Assembly (NCBI GenBank): GCA_964016885.1
Contig: OZ024741.1
Coordinates: 145,824,001 to 145,888,000, forward strand
DNA: 64,000 nt
Reading direction: 5' to 3'
From: Eledone cirrhosa
Lineage: Eukaryota
Made by a program: the position numbers and the translations under genes. Shown in pieces: positions 13,719-27,440 of this stretch; the stretch's first letter is position 1, and every line of letters starts with the position of its first letter. The notes beneath the pieces are model-generated. The model was not told the origin of the DNA. It searched no databases and saw nothing but the letters and a program-made list of their open reading frames with translations.

Positions 13719-13969
13719 CTCTTTTAATAATAACTTGCCTGAAATGTCCTGGATTTATGATATAAAAATAATCCTCTGAAAATGTTTATCCTTATATTAA
13801 AAGCTTTTATCATATTATTATTTTAGAGTTTCTTTAAGTAATGTTATATATCTTCTTACTAATAAAAAACTTAATTATTCTATTAAATTTTTCTAAATGT
13901 TTGGTTAATCCTGAAGTTATTTGAAACATATAGGCAGTGCATTTCATTAGAAAAACAGTAATGAAAGGG
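13719..13969. mobile_element. piggyBac-like AT-rich MITE
   Basis: TTAA-ctctttt ... aaaggg-TTAA; internal similarity to 8790 and 40394 copies. Confidence 0.55.
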
Positions 13970-14062
13970 TTAAATGTGGTAAAATATTAAAATTTGATAT
14001 GAAAATATTGTTACATCTATTTCTTGTTGACAGTTGCTTTCCCCTACTGTTCACCACTTATT

Positions 14063-14251
14063 GTGGATTGGCAGTATCGGTAGAGGTTCGGACGCCATGC
14101 TTTGACGCATAGAGTTACGGCCCTTGCCATTCTGAGTTCAAATCCCGCCGAGGTTAACTTTGCCTTTCATCCTTACGGGGTCGATAAAATAAAGTACCAG
14201 TAATGTACTGGGTAATTTTCTGGCCTTGTGCCAATAGTAGAAACAATTATT
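14063..14251 (+). mobile_element. tRNA-headed SINE family A (Meta-domain-like core, (att)n tail)
   Basis: A box tggcagtatcgg, B box gagttcaaatccc, core ctttcatccttacggggtcgataaaataaagtacc, tail gtagaaacaattatt. Confidence 0.9.
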
Positions 14252-15359
14252 CACAGTAAATGTTCAATATTTTATATTTGAGTGTGTTTCATTACAACTC
14301 ACCTTGAAAATACATACGAAAATACACATTTTGAAATTATAGCAGCCAGACACACTGGCTGTGTATTTCATTGGAAATTAAATTAATAATAGTTTCTCCT
14401 TTTGGCACAATGAAATTGTCATACTTCTGTAATGTGCCTCTATGAAGTCTAAGCCCTATGTAGCTGCCTAGTTAGTTTTAATGATATTGCAGGCCATGGA
14501 TACTGACCTACTATTTTCATAGTACACTTAAACCAACAACATCTAGTGTGGAATTGTAAGAGAACAATAGATTATTCGATTCTAAATTATATTTATTCAT
14601 TCTGTGCTGCAGTAAAATATATATAATGGTCTATTCTAACTTCATAAAACTAATGACTGTTTAGTTAATATCACCTTTTTATGTTCCCTCTGAGTATCAA
14701 TATTACTTTAACTGCCACCCATTTCTCCTCTTCAACAGTGTATATATATATATATATATACAAAATATATAATATACATACATAAATATATGGAGATGGA
14801 TATATGCATAGATAAACACACACACACACACATACACACACATATATATATAATTTTGTGTACAGATATATGTATATAAACATATATATAAATGTACAGC
14901 TGTGAAATGGCAGTGTCTTTACAGCATGAGAGAGATGTGTAGTATTTGCTTTGAGAGTTCAAATCTTGCTAGAACAAATATGCTTTTAATCAATAAAAGA
15001 GAACTGTCAAATGTATGTGAATATCTATTCTTCTCTCTCTGAAACTTATAGAATTTTCTCTGAAAGGGTTTTTTTGAGGAGTATTTATACGGTCTGCGAT
15101 GTCAGAAAGGATTTAAGACAGTGCTGACATAATTTAAAAAGTGGTGGTATTTTGTGAGGAGTTAAGATCTAATGCTTAAATACCTAATAAAACAGATATT
15201 TTTCCATATCAAGTGTCTTTTTTATCAGTGAAAAAATTGTATCATCTTGTGCCATATATATAAGTTCTGTTACACTAATCTAAATTGATAAAAATCATGG
15301 TGTTCTCCATTTAAATATGCTTGATTGATAAAGTGTACTCACACATGCACACACACACA

Positions 15360-15406
<47 letters not shown>

Positions 15407-15913
15407 TGTTATATGTATATACTTGATAACTAGGAAACTAGCTTGACTAAAGCATAATTGCTCTCTAAGCTACAAATACCCACAGAAGCAGTACTAGTTT
15501 AAGTCCTTTTAAGGCCCTAAACACTTAAAAAAGTATGCTAACCATCCCCACTCCTATATATAAAGTCTGTTTTGGAATAAAAATACATTTAATTTGAATA
15601 AAATAGTTCCTCCTCTTCTCTTGATGCCCTAAGCATACAATTATTTTGTTCAATGTTTAATCCAACCCTGCACCGAGGGAGCTGCTCACAATATTGTAAG
15701 CTAATGAAACATTCATTAATTTAAAATGCCTAACCTGCATGTACCTATTGTCTGTTAGTTAGATACATCACTTTCACATTTAAATATGTTAGTAAAAAAT
15801 GCAATATATGTTGCTAGTCACAATATCTGAACTATGAACTATTTGGCTTTGTCATTCATACATCCTACTCCTCAGAGAGAGAGAGAGAAAGGGATTGTAG
15901 AAGCTATGGGAAC

Positions 15914-16253
15914 CATCATTTCATCATTTCATTTACGTCCGCTTTTCCCTGCTTGCAAGGGTGGGACGGAAACTGATTCTGGCTTGATTTCTACAGCTGG
16001 ATGCCCTTCCTAACACCAACCTCATTTACAGTGAGTACTGGGTGCTTTTTTTCTGTGGCACCTACACAACCACTTTGCAGTGGAATGATAGGGACCCCAG
16101 TCCCTATCATCTCATTTCTACAGCTGAGTAAACTGAAGCAATGTGGAATAAAGTGTCTTGCTCAAGGAAACAACACATCACCCGGTCTGAGAATTGAACT
16201 CACAACCTTTTGATTGCAAGGCCAATGCTCTAACCACTAAGCCATGTGCCTCC
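15914..16253 (-). mobile_element. tRNA-headed SINE family B with RTE-derived 3' tail
   Basis: Minus strand: tggcttagtgg A box, gagttcaattc B box, ccttgagcaagacac core, tail cccacccttgcaagcagggaaaagcggacgtaaa..(gat). Confidence 0.88.
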
Positions 16254-18900
16254 ATCTTTGAGCAAATCTGTATAAAATGTAGACCTATGCAGAAGAGAGA
16301 TGATACACAGGATTATGTATAGTTTGGGGGACCAACATTCTATAAAGATTGTTTTATACTATAAAGTACAAATTGTAATGTAATTGACATTAGGAAGGGC
16401 ATTAAACTATAGAAGCTGAAATATATATAAGTGAGATGGTCATCAGCCCATCTAAGAGCACAATAGATCTGATTAAATACCGACTTGGTGTCTAACGACT
16501 CACCCAACACATGTCATCATGGAAAAAAAACACGAATGTAAAATGATGATCATAATGGTGATGATAATGATGATACTGATGACGGTGATGATGACATGAT
16601 GATGATGATATTGGTTATGGGTAGTTCTAGATTAGATTATCCTTATGGTGGCATGTTGTTAACAAGAAAGAAAATAATTTCTTTATCCCTGTCATTGATG
16701 CCAGAGGAAATGCTGAAGTAAATAATGTTTTAGATTCAAATAAGAGTTTCTAGTGACATTTAGCTTGAAATTTCGGCACAATTATTATCTCCACAGCCAA
16801 AACTACTACCTTCACCACTCTGCCATAAATACTATTACCATAAACATCAGAACTCCACTACAAGCACTTCAACTACTATTTTCGCCACCTAAATGACATG
16901 GTGAAAGAGGATGGCAGTGATAATGGTAGTGTTCCATCACAAATATCACCATCTACCATCTTTGTCACCAACACCACTGTTATTATGTCATCATGAGTAC
17001 TTCAACTGCCAAATTTACTACCAACACCAAATGGTGAATGAGGTGGTGTCCCCCAACCACTATCACCATTTTCCATCACCACCCCACCACTGCCACCACT
17101 ATTATTCCTCCAGAAACACTTCAAATACCATCTCTGCCACCAGCACCACTTGGTGGAAATGATGGTCCTCCATTTCTTTTACCATTTTTCATCACCAACA
17201 CCAACACCAAGACTACAACTACTATTAACACACTCATTAAACTACCCACTACTCCTCTTTATTACTGTCTCCACCTCCATTGCCACTACACTTTCATTGC
17301 CACAAATTAATATAATATGCACAACACCAACTGACTGCCTTATCACTTAAGCTTAGAATCACTAACCAATTTATTCTGTTCTCTGCATGACATTTCCAGC
17401 ATGCTCTATTGTTCTTCATCTATCTCATTGCTGTTCTTTCCACCAATTTTCCATTCTGTCTAATCTCTTAAACAGAATTAAATGAAGCTGTTAAAGAGTA
17501 GAACAGAGACAGTTGTCCTTCATAGACATAGTGTATACCATGTTAACATTAAAGTTAGGTTAACATTGTGAGACACACAATTACAAAATGCATAATTTTT
17601 TTCATTTACTAACTTTCATTACCATATTTCTAATGAAAGATACTGCCAATTATTTTGAAAATAATCAAGAATTTGAAGGGACTTAGTAACAAAATCAACA
17701 TTCTCATTATTTATCTGGTGTTTGGAATAAAATTTAAAGATTCTTACATAAAATTATCATGGAATGCTTTTTATATAATCACATGAATACAAACAGTTTT
17801 GCATGATAGAACAATAACAAGGATATTGAAATGATAATACAGTTGATTTCAACCCAGCAAAAAAATGGGTTTGGTTCTATGAAACAAAACTACCCATTGT
17901 AAAGGGTTCCTATCTAAAACAAATCTTCTACCATAATTTTATATAAGAACCATATGTTAACTGTTTATCTTGCTAAAGAAATAATTAATAATTTTAGCAA
18001 ACACCTCAAAAAGTTTTTTTAATTGAAATAGAATATTTAATTTGAAATATAGTTAACTACTCCATGATATATATATATATTTGTGTGTGTGTGTGGGGGG
18101 GGGGGGGGATACATCTTTTCAAAAGGGGTTATCTTATTGATCCTGGAAGGATGAATAGCAAAGCTGATCTTGGTGGGATTTGAAACAAGAACATAAGCAA
18201 CTAGAACAAATACTGCAAATGCTTTTATTATTTTCATGGCATGACACCAAAATAATGATAATTCCTTAAATCATGACCACAAGGCCAGTAATTTGGCATG
18301 TCAGAGAAAATCAATTATATCCACACAAGTATATTATTTTCTTGACCTTAGAATGATGAAAGTCAAAGTTGATCTTGGCAGGATTTAAACTCAAACCATA
18401 AAAATCCAGAAAAAATATTGGTAAGCATTCATTCAATGCTCTAATCACTCTGCCTACTCACCAAAATATCATAAAAGTAAAGCCATAATTTATATATAAG
18501 TTTTATTTCACTGAAATTAGGATGAAATATTTTTTTCCATTTTAAATTAAAATATATATAAAATTTGAAAGAAGTTATATTTTAACTTCAAATTAATTGG
18601 AAATTCATTAGATAACATTACAAAATTTTGAAGTGGTGAAATTTTAGTAAAGTTACTTTGAAAGCTGTTTACTATATAGTTAATAATAGTGTTCTGGATC
18701 CACATAGTCTGATAGCGTTTTCACAATCAATATAATAGTTACAATATATAGATTAATATGTAACAATTCAGCAAAACTTTCCTCTATGATTTTTACTCTA
18801 CTGCTAGTTCAACAAACACCATGCATTGGGAATCTCTGCTTACACACCACACTTAATTAATGAACTAAGAACATTTTATACCATATTTTATATATTTGTA

Positions 18901-18929
<29 letters not shown>

Positions 18930-18934
<5 letters not shown>

Positions 18935-19140
18935 AAAATGTTCAAGACCCCGACGGCAGAGCTCAAGCCGGTTCGACTTCTATTTTTGAACTTGGACTCT
19001 GTCCAGAAATAACTGTCGAAACGGCTTGAGCTCTGCCATCAGGGTCTTGAGCATTTTCCTATTACCCACTCTACTACCCTAAGTATTGAGTACTCTGGTG
19101 CATTATGGTCCATTTGGTTCCTTACCACACTTCCTTCGTT
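18930..19140 (+). mobile_element. Fold-back PLE pLTR remnant with HHR 3' half plus about 80-bp tail
   Basis: Arms 18930-18991 and 19001-19062; gtcGAAAcggc..gcc(a/g)TC matches 23211-23241; (TA)n flanks. Confidence 0.8.
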
Positions 19141-19263
19141 ATATATATATATATATATATATTAGTATTGGTGCTCTGAAATAGCGATGTATATATGAAT
19201 GTATGTATAGTATATTTGATAATATACTGTATGTTTAAAAACATTTTGAAGACCATTTGCTAT

Positions 19264-20248
19264 GAATAGTGGACACTTTCCGTTACCTGGGTGACAAAAT
19301 CAGCACTGGTGAAGGGTGCTATGAAAGTACAGTAACCACAGTTAGAACGGGATCGAAAAAGTTCAGAGAACTATTACCGCTGTTGGCCACAAAAGGTTTC
19401 TCTCTAAAAATGAAAGGCAGGTTGTATGATGCTTGTATATGAACAGCAATATTACATGGCAATGAGACATGGGCATTGTGTGCAGAGGACCTGTGCAGAT
19501 TGGAAAAGAATGAAGCATACACACTCCTTTGGATGTGTAATAGTAATATACACGAACAGCAAAACATGAACAAACTAAGTGAGAAATTAGGAATAAGAGG
19601 AATCAGATGCTGTTTACTTGAGGGGAGATTACATTGGTATGTTCATGTGATGTGCATGAAAGACGACAGCTATATAAAAAGTGCAGGGCGATCAAAATTG
19701 ATGGAAGTTACGGAGTAGGTCGAACCAGAAAAACCTGGGATGACATGATAAAATCCGACCTTGCACACTTACATCTCTCTAAGACAATGTCACTGGATCA
19801 AATCTTTGGTGCTACACAGTAATACAGAAGACCCGCCTTCCCTATGTGCAAAGATACTTACAGTGAGTAGGCCCCTCCTAACCAAATATATACCCAACCC
19901 ACTACCCTACTCCATCCTCCCACTCCCACCAACACCACCCTTTCTCTGTAAAGTTATGTTGGTACCACAACATCCAGTCCAAAATAAAGAGGTCGTGTAG
20001 CTGTCACAACAAAATAAAAAAACACAGTCCATGCTGTAAAGTGGTCATTTAGGAAACATGGTAAAAAAGCTCCCAGTAAATGTGGTTGGTGTTAGGAAGG
20101 ACATCCAGCCATAAAAAACCTGCCAGATACAGTCTTATAAAAGTGAGACACTGTCATCATCTTGCCTCAAGTGGGACAATTCCCGTCTAACTCATGCTAG
20201 CATGAGAGATAGACATTAAACGATGATGATGATGATGATGATGATGAT
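19264..20248 (+). mobile_element. RTE LINE 3' fragment (long-3'UTR subfamily)
   Basis: Colinear with 49130-50101; (gat)n tail. Confidence 0.92.
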
Positions 20249-20374
20249 ATATATAAATATATATATATACATAGGCAGTGAATAAGCAGAGTCATTAGAA
20301 TGTTGGATAGAATGCTATGTAGTATTCATTTTGGCTCTCTGCTTTCTGAGTTCAAATTCAAATCCAAGGTCAGT

Positions 20375-20517
20375 TTGAGAAAATAGAACAAAAGAACAAA
20401 GGAAAAAAATGAGAATGCTAGAAAGTTAACTAGCAATTTTAAGAATCATTGAAATTGCTAAGGCAACTTTTTACAATTCTCAATCTTTTTCATAGTTCTT
20501 TTGTCCTATTTTCTCAA
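20375..20517. repeat. Decayed fold-back inverted repeat
   Basis: ttgagaaaatagaacaaaagaac.. pairs with ..gttcttttgtcctattttctcaa; central GAAAttgcTA resembles an HHR 3' half. Confidence 0.7.
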
Positions 20518-20575
20518 GTTCTTATTATCTTGGCACTTGCATTGTTGGGCTTCCAATAACTAAACTTATTTCTTA

Positions 20576-21010
20576 ATGATAGTGAGACATGGGCAGCAAC
20601 TGCAGAGCATATGCTACGGCTGGAGAGAAATGAAGCAAGCATGCTCCGTTGGATGTGCAATGTCAATGTGCGTGAATGACCAAGCATAGATGAGTTGAGA
20701 AAGAAACTGGGTATAAGAGGGATAAGTTGTTGTGTGCAGGAGAGAAGACTGAGATGGTATGGACATGTGGTGTGCATGGAGGATGACTGCTGGGTAAAGA
20801 AGTGCCAAGAAATCCCAGTAGAAGAAAGACGAAGTAGAGGAAGACAACGAAAAACATCTGCGGAGGGGGTGAGAGCAGATCTCAGATCGCTGAAACTCAC
20901 GGAGGAGATGACAAAGGACCCTGACAAGTGGAGAGATGCTGTGCTGAATAGGACCCATCCCACCCTTGCAAGCAAGGAAAAGTGGACGTAAAATGATGAT
21001 GATGATGATG
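20576..21010 (+). mobile_element. RTE LINE 3' fragment (short-3'UTR subfamily)
   Basis: RLRWYGHV; same family as 1-969; (gat)n tail. Confidence 0.92.
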
Positions 21011-21714
21011 GGGCTGCCATAGGTGAGATTGCTGGAATTTGGAGAATGCCTGACCAGTAGCGAGAGGATGAGTGATGTCACAAGAGGGTTCAGGGGCTAC
21101 TGACTGGCCCTTTTCGCTAGCAGATCGTGTGAAGTGAAGACATGTGGTGTGAAGCAAGACTGAGAGAGGCTCTGATACCCTAAAGTTGGATGTACCACAT
21201 GTGGATGATGGAACAACTCTGTCCAAAGTGAATCAAAGATGCAAAGTAAGTCCGAATGCTTCCTGTTACACTAGTTATTTTTATATTTCTTATTCCACAA
21301 TGCTTCAAGCAAGCTACAACACTTTATATATATATTTATGTACATATATTCATCATCATCACCATTGATCATATATTTTTCATGCTTGCATGTGTTAAAT
21401 GGGTTCTCACTCTATGAGACAGGTTAGGTCAGGTGACCACGTCTTGCTGATATTGAACTCTTCCTTGCTTGGTTTCTATGGCTAAATGTTCTTCCTAATG
21501 TCAACTACATTATAGCATGGAGTGGGTGCTATTTCTCGTGGCCCACAAATTACTATCTGACAGGGTTGAGAGGGTGCTTTTTGTTGTGACACCAGCACAA
21601 CAAAAGTATACATACATATATATATATATATGTGTATTTATATATATATGTCCAGACCCATGGTAGCATGGAAGATGGACGTTAAACGATGATGATGATA
21701 TATATATATATATA

Positions 21715-23255
21715 CAGGAAACCTAATAAGAACCTACACTATATGCATTGCAGTTCTAACCATCCTCGGAACATTACCAACAACTTAGTTAAAAACATCT
21801 CCCTCTGCATATCTCACTTGTCTGCAAACGAGCAGATCTTCAACAAACACGTGCCATATTACAACGAGGCCCTCAAGAGAAGCAGCTGGGAGGACATTTC
21901 ATATTATCCAGGCCCTTCTAGCAGATCCAGCAGGCGATGGTGCCACTCACGCCATGTAATGTGGTTCAACCCTCCCCACAATGCTGAAGTTGCAACACCA
22001 ATTGGGAAGATCTTTTTTAGACTTCTCGATAAACACTTCCCACCACAACACCGCTACCACAATATCATCAACAGAAACACTGTTAAACTTTCCTAGAGCA
22101 CTACACCCAACTTTGCACAAAACATCACTTCATCTAACAACAAAAAACTCCTCTCTAACAGAAGTAACAACAAAGTGGAGAGCAAACTAGGAGGTGTAAC
22201 TGTCCGGATAGACCATTGTGCCCCCTCAACAATAGATGCTGAGAATGTAACATGGTCTACCAGTGCAACATGAGGACGGAAAACTACAACAAGGCCTACA
22301 TCGGATTAACTGCCTGTGATTTTAAGACCCGGTATTACTGACACCAACATACATTTAGAAACCCAGCCCGGCTCACACAACATCACTTTCTGCCCATATT
22401 TGGGACCTCCAAGACAACAATATCACCTACCATCTAAGTTGGAGTATACTTTCCAAGGCAAAACCTTATTTGTGAGGATACCGTCCGTGTAATTTATGCT
22501 CGGAGAAAACGATCCAAATACTGTTTGCAAAGGACCAACTCTTAAATAAAAAGAGTGAACTTGGTACCTCATGTAAACACAAAATGTGTAGGACATATCT
22601 TACCTTCAAACCCCCTCACGACCTGGGTGGGTAAACCTCAGCTGTATCTTTTTCCTATTTACAAACTAAGATAGAGGAAACCCCAAGCATTCGTAGCTAG
22701 AAGTAGAAATTTTTCATTTTTTTCTTCTCTTATTTTCCTTTATTTTCATTAGTTACACACCCTAATTACACTTAGGTGGACCATTGCTTATCTACACTAT
22801 TATATTCAGTTTCCATTCTTCCTTAGATTAAACCAAGTATTTTCACTCCTGTTAAATATACATAGCACCAGCTGAACACATAGCCAACATTTTTTTTGGG
22901 GGGTGGGGGGTGTATCATTGTTCTTAACCTCTTTAGAGACAGGTCAGATTGTCAACTTACTCCCTCCTCTTTGTTCTACAGGCAAGTTCAGTCACCCCCA
23001 GCCCCACCTGCCACTATGAAGGAATTTAGCTGTGTATACAAAATCTTTGACCACTCCCTGTGACAGAAAAGAAAACAACAATTTTTAGAATTGTTTGATA
23101 TGATACTACTGCTATTTTTTCATTACATGCCCATATATGTACAGTACCCCTTGATAAGTTCAGTTAGATTACTACCGTCCTAACACTACTGAGTTAGTTC
23201 AGATCTAGCTGTCGAAACGGCTGGTGCTCTGCCGTTGGGGTCCTGACTCTTTTTA
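21715..23255 (+). mobile_element. Penelope-like element, 5'-truncated and decayed (RT thumb, GIY-YIG, pLTR)
   Basis: YRKP..SNHP, WFNPP..IGKIF..HFP..NRNTVKLS; NMVYQC..YIGLT..FKTRY near 22250-22340; HHR-like motif 23146-23241; (TA)n flanks. Confidence 0.92.
23146..23241 (+). ncRNA. Decayed type I hammerhead with extended stem II
   Basis: ACCCC-TTGATAA-g..CAGTTAGAT..ATCTAGCTG..c-GAAA-CGGC..GCCG-TT-GGGGT; two core substitutions versus CTGATGA. Confidence 0.6.
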
Positions 23256-24378
23256 TATATATATATAATACCTACTCATGTACATGTGTGTGCACAGCTA
23301 AGTGCTTAGGGTGTTTGACACACAACCCTAGACAGATGGATACACACACATAGAGGATATGTTATTTTCTTGCAGCTATCATCCACCAAATTCTATTCAC
23401 AAAGAATTGGACAACCTGAAGTGGGACTGAACATGGAACTTTTAACATCTGAAATAAAATAATACCTGAATTTTAATAGTTAAAAACTAAATCATGACTC
23501 ATCATCCTATCCCATATTAGGAAAATTAATCTCTGTTAAATGTATGAAGAAACTCACAAGACAGAGATCTGCCATTTTGAAACAAAATCTTTTGTAGTAC
23601 ATGTCATGTTTAAAATATTTCTAGCAAATAACTTTCATGATTATTTATAACTTTTTATAGAAACACATTTCATTTCCTTCAAGCTTCATTACCTGAGGTG
23701 AGAAATATAATTCCAAACTTTGTGTTGTTTTTAGCTGCACATTAATTTACATTAGGAGTTGATAAATTCTGAGAAAAGGGACAAGAAATCTGTTTCATAT
23801 CAAATGTTCTACTGTTGAAGATGAGTTATTTTAATTCAACAACTGAAAAATATTATTTTCAAAAAGAACATGATGAGAGAGAGAAAAAAAGAGACAGAGA
23901 GAGAAAGAGATGTGAGAGGCAAAGAAAAGGAAATGAAGTGAGACAAAGGGAAGGGACAGGAGGAAGGAAATATGTAGTTATCAAATCAGTTATTATAACA
24001 TGCAGAAATTATTGAATTCATGCTAAGAATTTTTTCTCTGAAATTCATATCTTTTCAAATAACCCTGTTGGATTAACAGAAGCAAGTAAAAAAAATGTAC
24101 ATACCAATTCCCCAAATATATAACTATCCACACAACATACATGCAAGCATGCATACACATACATACGTACACACGCACACATACATACATTAATAAGGGT
24201 GAGGGAAACTATCTCAAATGTGTTCTGCATACTAAATACAAAACTCTATTGTATTACATATGTAATATAGTGAGTTGGAAAAGTTCAATTAACTGAAATT
24301 GTCCTTGCAATTAGAAGACAAAAGCTCCTTCTATGGTTGAAATTGGTAGGTAGAAACAGTTTGGATGGATGTTGTGTG

Positions 24379-24427
<49 letters not shown>

Positions 24428-24452
24428 TGCGAGCAGGGAAAGCGGTCATTAA

Positions 24453-24640
24453 AATAATTGTTTCTACTTTTGACACAAAGCCAGCAATTACCCCAGTACA
24501 TTACTGGTACTTTATTTTATCGACCCTGTAAGGATGAAAGGCAAAGTTAACCTCGACGGGATTTTAACTCAGACCGTAAAGGGACGTAACTATGCAGGAA
24601 AGCATGGTGTCCGAACCTCTACCGATACTGCCAATTCACC
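24453..24640 (-). mobile_element. SINE family A
   Basis: Reverse-complement match to 14063-14251. Confidence 0.9.
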
Positions 24641-25792
24641 AATGATGGTAATGGTGATGATATATACATACATATATATAAATATCGACAGATATATCTT
24701 TTTTAGGTATGAATGCTAATATGTGTATGAATGCTTTTTGGTCTTTATTTACATTGTTTCAAGCTGGTGCTGTTTGGCTATGATTGTGGCATAGTGACTT
24801 GGCAGAAAGGGATCGATAAAATAAGTACCAGATTTAAAAAAAAATAACTCTGGAGTCGATATGGTTGACTAAACCATCCAGGTGGTATAAAAAAAGAATT
24901 GATATATATATATATATACATATATATCTAGATAGAGAAAGAAGATGCAGGATTTTCAAGCACAAAAATTAACTGCAATTCCAGTCAGTTGCTATAAAAT
25001 TGATGTTTTAGAAATTTTGTGCCAAAAATCAGGAGTGTTATGCTTCCTTCAGTTTTATACAATAAAATGACTCAAGTTTAAAGTAATTTGATAGGCTAAG
25101 AAGGATCATGTCTTAGTGATATGTGCAGTAGCAATTCATGCCTGTTTTTCATTTGTTCTATAGTCAAGGCAAGTAGCTATTGTCTTTGTGGTAATCACAA
25201 AAATTCAAGAGTACAGGAAATTTGCTTGTGAAATATGAGAGTTTGTTTGTTTGTGTGTGTATGTGTAGCTATTTTTTTTTCTGTTTCCTGCTACGTCCAA
25301 ATAATAATAATAATAACAATAACAACAACAAAAATAGTAATAAAAATAATCATTATTATTACCATTAACAACACTTTCATAATGATATCTATAACTATAA
25401 AGATTCAATCAGCAAGATGAACAAGAATTGTATGTGACTAAGTGTGTGTGTATGTCTGCATGAAGGACTGTATAAGTGTTGGGTTCTTTTGGTTCAGTAA
25501 GTAGCCTGGTGCACAAATATATTTTCTTTTGTTTTTTCTTGTGTGGCGTGTGGGTGTTGTGGTATGTGCGGGTGTTGTGTGTGTAATAATAGCAATTTAT
25601 TCCCTTCTTTGTTCGAGTACAGAGGATCATGTGGTAATAATAATGATGTTAATAATTCCTTAATAATTGTTTCTACATTAGGCACAAGGCCAGCAATTAC
25701 CCAGTGCATTACTGGTACTTTATTTTATCGGCCCCGTAAGGATGAAAGGAAAAGTCTACCTCGATGCGTATATGTGTATATATATATATATA

Positions 25793-25827
<35 letters not shown>

Positions 25828-26699
25828 GTATATGTGTATATATATATGTATGTATATGTGTATATATATATGTATATGTATGCTAGTGTGGAAGATGGAC
25901 GTTAAACAATGATGATGATGATAAATATATATATATGGTGGCTGCCAACTCGTTTTCGAGTATGGCCACTACTTTATATCCATGTAGGAGAACCCCTACC
26001 AATATGCTGAACAAGTGTGACTTTTTAGTCCAGCCAGCGACTTGAAAACTCTGGTACAAACACTACACTTGTGACAATTATTGACACATAGTGCTGAGCC
26101 CATGGTACCATGTGATGACAAGTGCAGAGAGATCTCCAGATATAAAGCAATGCCTGTGCCGTGAAGCTTTTATAGTGAGCAAAGGCACTGCACAAAGCCA
26201 GTCCTACTCTCTTAACCAAGATGATATTTACCAAAAAGAAGAACAAGTCAACATCATTGGATACCATCAGGGTTGCAGGTGTTATATCAGAGTTTTCCTT
26301 CTCCTAGAATTCTGCCTTGACAAAGGCTAAGGGGTCATCTCTCCCGGTGATTTTGGATGGCCATTGACTCTTAAGAGCTCCTTTGCCCTTTGACAGGTTT
26401 TGTTTTTAGTCTTGCAGGATGTCCAAAGTTACCCTCCTCACCAAGAAACCTTGGTGGGGTTGCCAGTTTAGTTGCCAACGACCCGACCATGAGACAGGTT
26501 GTACAGGGATACATGTTACCAGTAGCACCAACTGGTGACCTGACATAATATTTATATATATATATATATATAAACACACATATCTAAGGAGATGTCGAAG
26601 AAGAGTTGAATCTCATCTGAAATAATTGTAATGCACTAATCAAATTTGTACATATGCTGCAACACTGACTTTGATTCTACTTTCTCTCTAGACAAAGAA

Positions 26700-26997
26700 G
26701 AAGAACAAATTGGTTCACAAACAATTTCTCCAAACATAAAATGTCTTGGTTGATGAATGGTGTCTCGAGTAACAAACTTGCAAGCCAGCAACAACAGTTG
26801 GCAACTAGCCCAGAATATCAGCAGGAAAGTGTCACTTGCTATTTAGATAGTTACTATTGTGATTCATATCTCTCTTTCACACACAGCTTCTCTCACACTG
26901 TATTTCTCTTTCAACATTTCATATGGGAAAATAATTTTGGCCCATAAAAGTTTCGGCCTTCAGTGGCGAATTTAGTTCGTGAATCGAGGTACCACTG
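26700..26997. mobile_element. Tigger/pogo-like MITE remnant
   Basis: Right end ttcgtgaatcgaggtaccactg (reverse complement CAGTGGTACCTCG) next to TA; left TIR not found. Confidence 0.45.
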
Positions 26998-27165
26998 TGT
27001 ATATATGTATATATATATATATAATTACATGAACAGAGAAAGCTATTAACGATACTCTGACCAATTTCCAACTCACTCAACAAACATTAGGAAATACCGA
27101 AGTATATTCCCAATTAAACGTTTGGGGAGCTAACTATATTGTATTGTGTGGATAATTGGCTGTAT

Positions 27166-27342
27166 AGCAGTATCGGTAGAGGGTCGGATGCCATGCTTTC
27201 ATACATAGTTATGGCCCTTGCCATTCTGAGTTCAAATCCCGCCGAGGTTAACTTTGCCTTTCATCCTTACGGGTTTGATAAAATAAAGTACCAGTAATGC
27301 ACTGGGTAATTGCTGGCCTGTGTCAAAAGTAGAAACAATTAT
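27166..27342 (+). mobile_element. SINE family A
   Basis: Near-identical to 14063-14251. Confidence 0.9.
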
Positions 27343-27389
27343 TTTATATGAGATATATTAAATAACTCATATATATTTAATATAGAAAA

Positions 27390-27440
27390 GGCTTCTACAG
27401 GACTAGAACTGTTTCATTTGGGAGATGTCATCAGGAAGCC
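27390..27440 (-). ncRNA. Type I hammerhead ribozyme, intact core, weak stem II
   Basis: Minus strand GGCTTC-CTGATGA-catctcccaaat-GAAA-CAGttctagtcCTG-TA-GAAGCC; lies in a probable PLE 3' remnant at about 27345-27720. Confidence 0.75.

Noticed and set aside
14063-14160. SINE heads as tRNA genes
   Set aside because: A and B boxes are present but there is no cloverleaf, and they continue into SINE core and tail
25930-26550. Possible RTE 5'UTR-derived element with an HDV-like ribozyme
   Set aside because: Resemblance is only impressionistic, and I could not fold the nested double pseudoknot
26670-26755. Possible host exon after ttctctctag
   Set aside because: Short frame ending in a stop, no recognisable protein, and overlaps a Tigger-like remnant
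27050-27118. atact-CTGACCA..GAAA..agtat motif
   Set aside because: Core G8 and U16.1 are missing and stem II is unconvincing
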